Shown piece by piece: positions 61,501 to 64,000 of a DNA stretch of 64,000 nt; the stretch's first letter is position 1; the number at the start of each line of letters is the position of its first letter. This stretch comes from Marsupella aquatica. Taxonomy: Eukaryota > Plantae > Marchantiophyta. A program made the position numbers and the translations under genes. Where the stretch lies: NCBI GenBank assembly GCA_973895155.1, contig OZ316894.1, positions 22,725,867 through 22,789,866 on the forward strand, read 5' to 3'. Under the pieces are notes generated by a model, which was not told the DNA's origin, ran no database searches, and worked only from the letters and a program-made list of their open reading frames with translations.

Positions 61501-63733
61501 GAGCCCTTAACGACAGGGTGCCTAATTGTTTTTATGGCGGTCTTCAGGTAATTCTCTGGATTCAAACTTCTATCTCCTTCCTGACCCTGTACTACCGGTA
61601 TATCTGCCTGGACAATCCCCTAACTAGCAACATTATTTCCTTTGAGCGAGCACTTCTCCATAACAAGATAACTTTGAATAATATGCCTAGGTAGGCACAA
61701 ATAGACTCCTTCTAGCAACTTTACGCAACATGCGGATTAAGAAACAACGCGACTGGATGTCTTTGCTAACTACTACATAAATATAATCATATCGTATGTA
61801 AATTTTTGGATTGATTGCAGCTATTAAAGGCGTATGTTGTCAAGTATTCTGGTGAGGTCCCAGCTAGGGACTTACAACACAGCTCAACAGAGTTTATCAA
61901 GATCCTTCTTGAAAAATTAGGGGATTCAAATGTACGCTCCAAAGACGCCGCCGCAGAAACTCTGATGTTCATGGCATCCAAGAAGGAGATTGGCCTGGAT
62001 GTTGTGGCAAAGCCTTTGCTGAGGCCTACCAAAAATCAGGTATGTGCTGTTTTGTAGTGCCCTTGCATGTGGGCATCGGTTCTTGATTACAAAGAAGGAT
62101 TTTTAACAGTTACCCGTCAGTTTGTTGGTTGCCTCGGCTGATAGTGCTCTCCTAGATAATTTGTATGTTCAATTTGTTGCACAATTTATTGTGACCTTTG
62201 AAGAATTAACTCTAAGCTCTGTATGTAATTCCTGTTCATGAGGATCAGGCTTGTTCAAGGAAGTTCATTGAAGAGGGGGAAATTGTGTACATTGTTTACT
62301 TAGTCAGATAAATGTATCAGATTCATCTTGTTACAAAGTGTGCTAGTTCCACTTTCACTTTGGTTCTGTGTTGGCTGCTCTTTGTTTTCATCTGCAGTTT
62401 ATGAATTCAGAGTGAAATTTTACAGGACGTAAGTTGTTCAAGCACCATAATTTGAGTAATTCTTGGTGACATTAGCATGCTCTTTCCATGCATGTAGGCA
62501 ATCTGGAAACCAGTTCTCGGCCGATTGAACTGGTTGTTGGTTGCAATACCCACATTTGGAGTCCAGCCTCAGAGCAAGCAGGGCTTCTCGTCAGAGGCAC
62601 TGATGTCCTATGTTTCTCATGCCATTAATAGTCCCAATGGGGAAGTGAGAAATGCATCAGTGAAAGTGACCACAGAGGTTTACAAAATAATGGGAGCTAC
62701 AGTGGAGCGATATTTGAAAGGCATAAAGCCCATGATTCGGGAGGTCTAATTCTATTCCTTGCATTGAGTAGACTCAATACTATCTAGAGTCTTGCTCATG
62801 TATCAGTGTACTAGAGACTTTCTTTAGCAAATTGTGATTGCCCCAAAAATACTGATGTGTGAAATTTTTGGAAAGGTCTTGTTAATTGGTTTAGTTGGCC
62901 CCAATCTCATTGCATCTTCATATTGTAAGGGTCATGTAGGTGCTACTCAATAATTTTGAAAGAGTTGCCACAGAAACCCGAAACATAGAGAGCGCTCTAA
63001 CATATGAGGAATTGGAAAGATTACCTGTCCCAAGAAGATCTCGAAAGGCAATTTATGACATAGACAAAGCATTGGAAGATGATATTCACAAAGCGATGAG
63101 CCAAGAACCTCAAATGGCCCCAGTGTATGAGTCACATGCCTTGCAACCAATGAAGAAAGGAAAGGAGGTTAAAGATGGGGGACTGCTCAATATGGTCGTT
63201 GAGCAACAGGACCGCCACAAAAATCCTGAGGTTCCGCAGACCATGTATTCAACTGAAGCAACTGCACCTGTAGAGAATTTTTCTCTGGTGTTGTCCTCTT
63301 TCACGTATCTGATTCAATCTGTGACAATTCAAGCAGAATATATGTAGATTCAAAAAATGTGGTTTTGGTTTAATTATTGCACATATTATACCATAGAAGC
63401 AAATAGTAGTCTTCTTCTGGATATGTTTCGAGAATGAGCTTAACTGAAGCCCTATATATCCATGTCAAGGCAGGGCAGGGGACCCTCATTCTTTAGCCAC
63501 CTCCTTTCCTCCTTTTCAAGAGATAGTAAATTGGTTTGTCCTAATATTCTCATCATGACTTTGGGTTGCAGTCCCCTAGTGAAGAATTGCGTGCCTCTGG
63601 TGAAAAAGCGGATTCAGAAGAAGCTATCTTGACACAACCATGGGCTTCCTTGCAAAATTGTGAGCCCCAGCAGAGTCATTGGTTGGATGAATGCACCGAC
63701 TCTTCAACGGAACGCCCCTCTGATCCTTCCAAG
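50947..63733 (+). CDS. CEP104: Centrosomal/ciliary-tip protein CEP104 (FAP256) homolog, multi-exon, probably continuing beyond the window
   Basis: Exons: 50947-51033, 51542-51606, 51813-51900, 52715-52800, 53154-53292, 53551-53654, 54272-54362, 54595-54657, 54982-55089, 55520-55596, 55873-55927, 60905-61323, 61478-61547, 61821-62039, 62498-62743, 62940-~63269, 63572-~63733. Jelly-roll motifs GWQSSRFCFYPQELVL, LLCHEFKIPSKVE, LGYLSLDPN...ARELKSIHVD and NKLNVYNQVGL; coiled-coil motif EDYDEAK/EDYDAAK; TOG/HEAT motifs YSKQWQLRDKA, LLEKLGDSNVR and NGEVRNAS. Confidence 0.9.
52470..52505. repeat. (TA)n microsatellite in a CEP104 intron
   Basis: Read directly from the sequence. Confidence 0.95.
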
Positions 63734-64000
63734 GCTAGGACCCACAAAATTTGAACCTCTTGCATTTTGTGTTATTGTCTGTCACTCTTATTGTCCCTCA
63801 GTCTATACTCAGATACTAGGGATTTGTGCCATTGTCATTGCAGCAGGCTCTAGCATGATTATTAAGAAATCTGGCATGAATATCAATATTGCTTACACAT
63901 TTGGAAAGTATGCATTCATTGACTGACTATTATAAGGCCTCTTACAAAATTGGGATCTTGGTTTTTGTTGGGTCAAGATGATGTATAAGCAATCCTTGCC

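Overview
This is eukaryotic nuclear DNA from a land plant with flagellated sperm, most likely a moss or another bryophyte. The evidence is CEP104, a CCC2-type cation-chloride cotransporter and a PLS-DYW PPR. Left to right: the 3' end of a Ty3/Gypsy retrotransposon whose integrase ends in a PHD finger, with an unusual A-B-A LTR, abutting a decayed Ty1/Copia RT; a two-exon gene (~1674 aa) with three tandem pairs of LOTUS/OST-HTH-like domains between repetitive disordered arms; a domesticated PIF/Harbinger transposase-derived gene; a PIA2/ANK6-like ankyrin gene; a MITE; a frameshifted DYW-PPR pseudogene; an 8-exon OTU3 deubiquitinase that is almost invisible in the ORF track; an 18-exon cation-chloride cotransporter (minus strand); a foldback Mutator-like element with a 9-bp TSD; and CEP104, which probably runs off the right edge. 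The most interesting items are the nuclease-free multi-LOTUS scaffold, the PHD-tipped integrase and its LTR, the Harbinger gene with an intact DDE triad and a stop-free in-frame intron, and an apparent excess of non-consensus GC splice donors. All gene models were assembled by eye from splice signals, reading phase and remembered family motifs. No database search was run.
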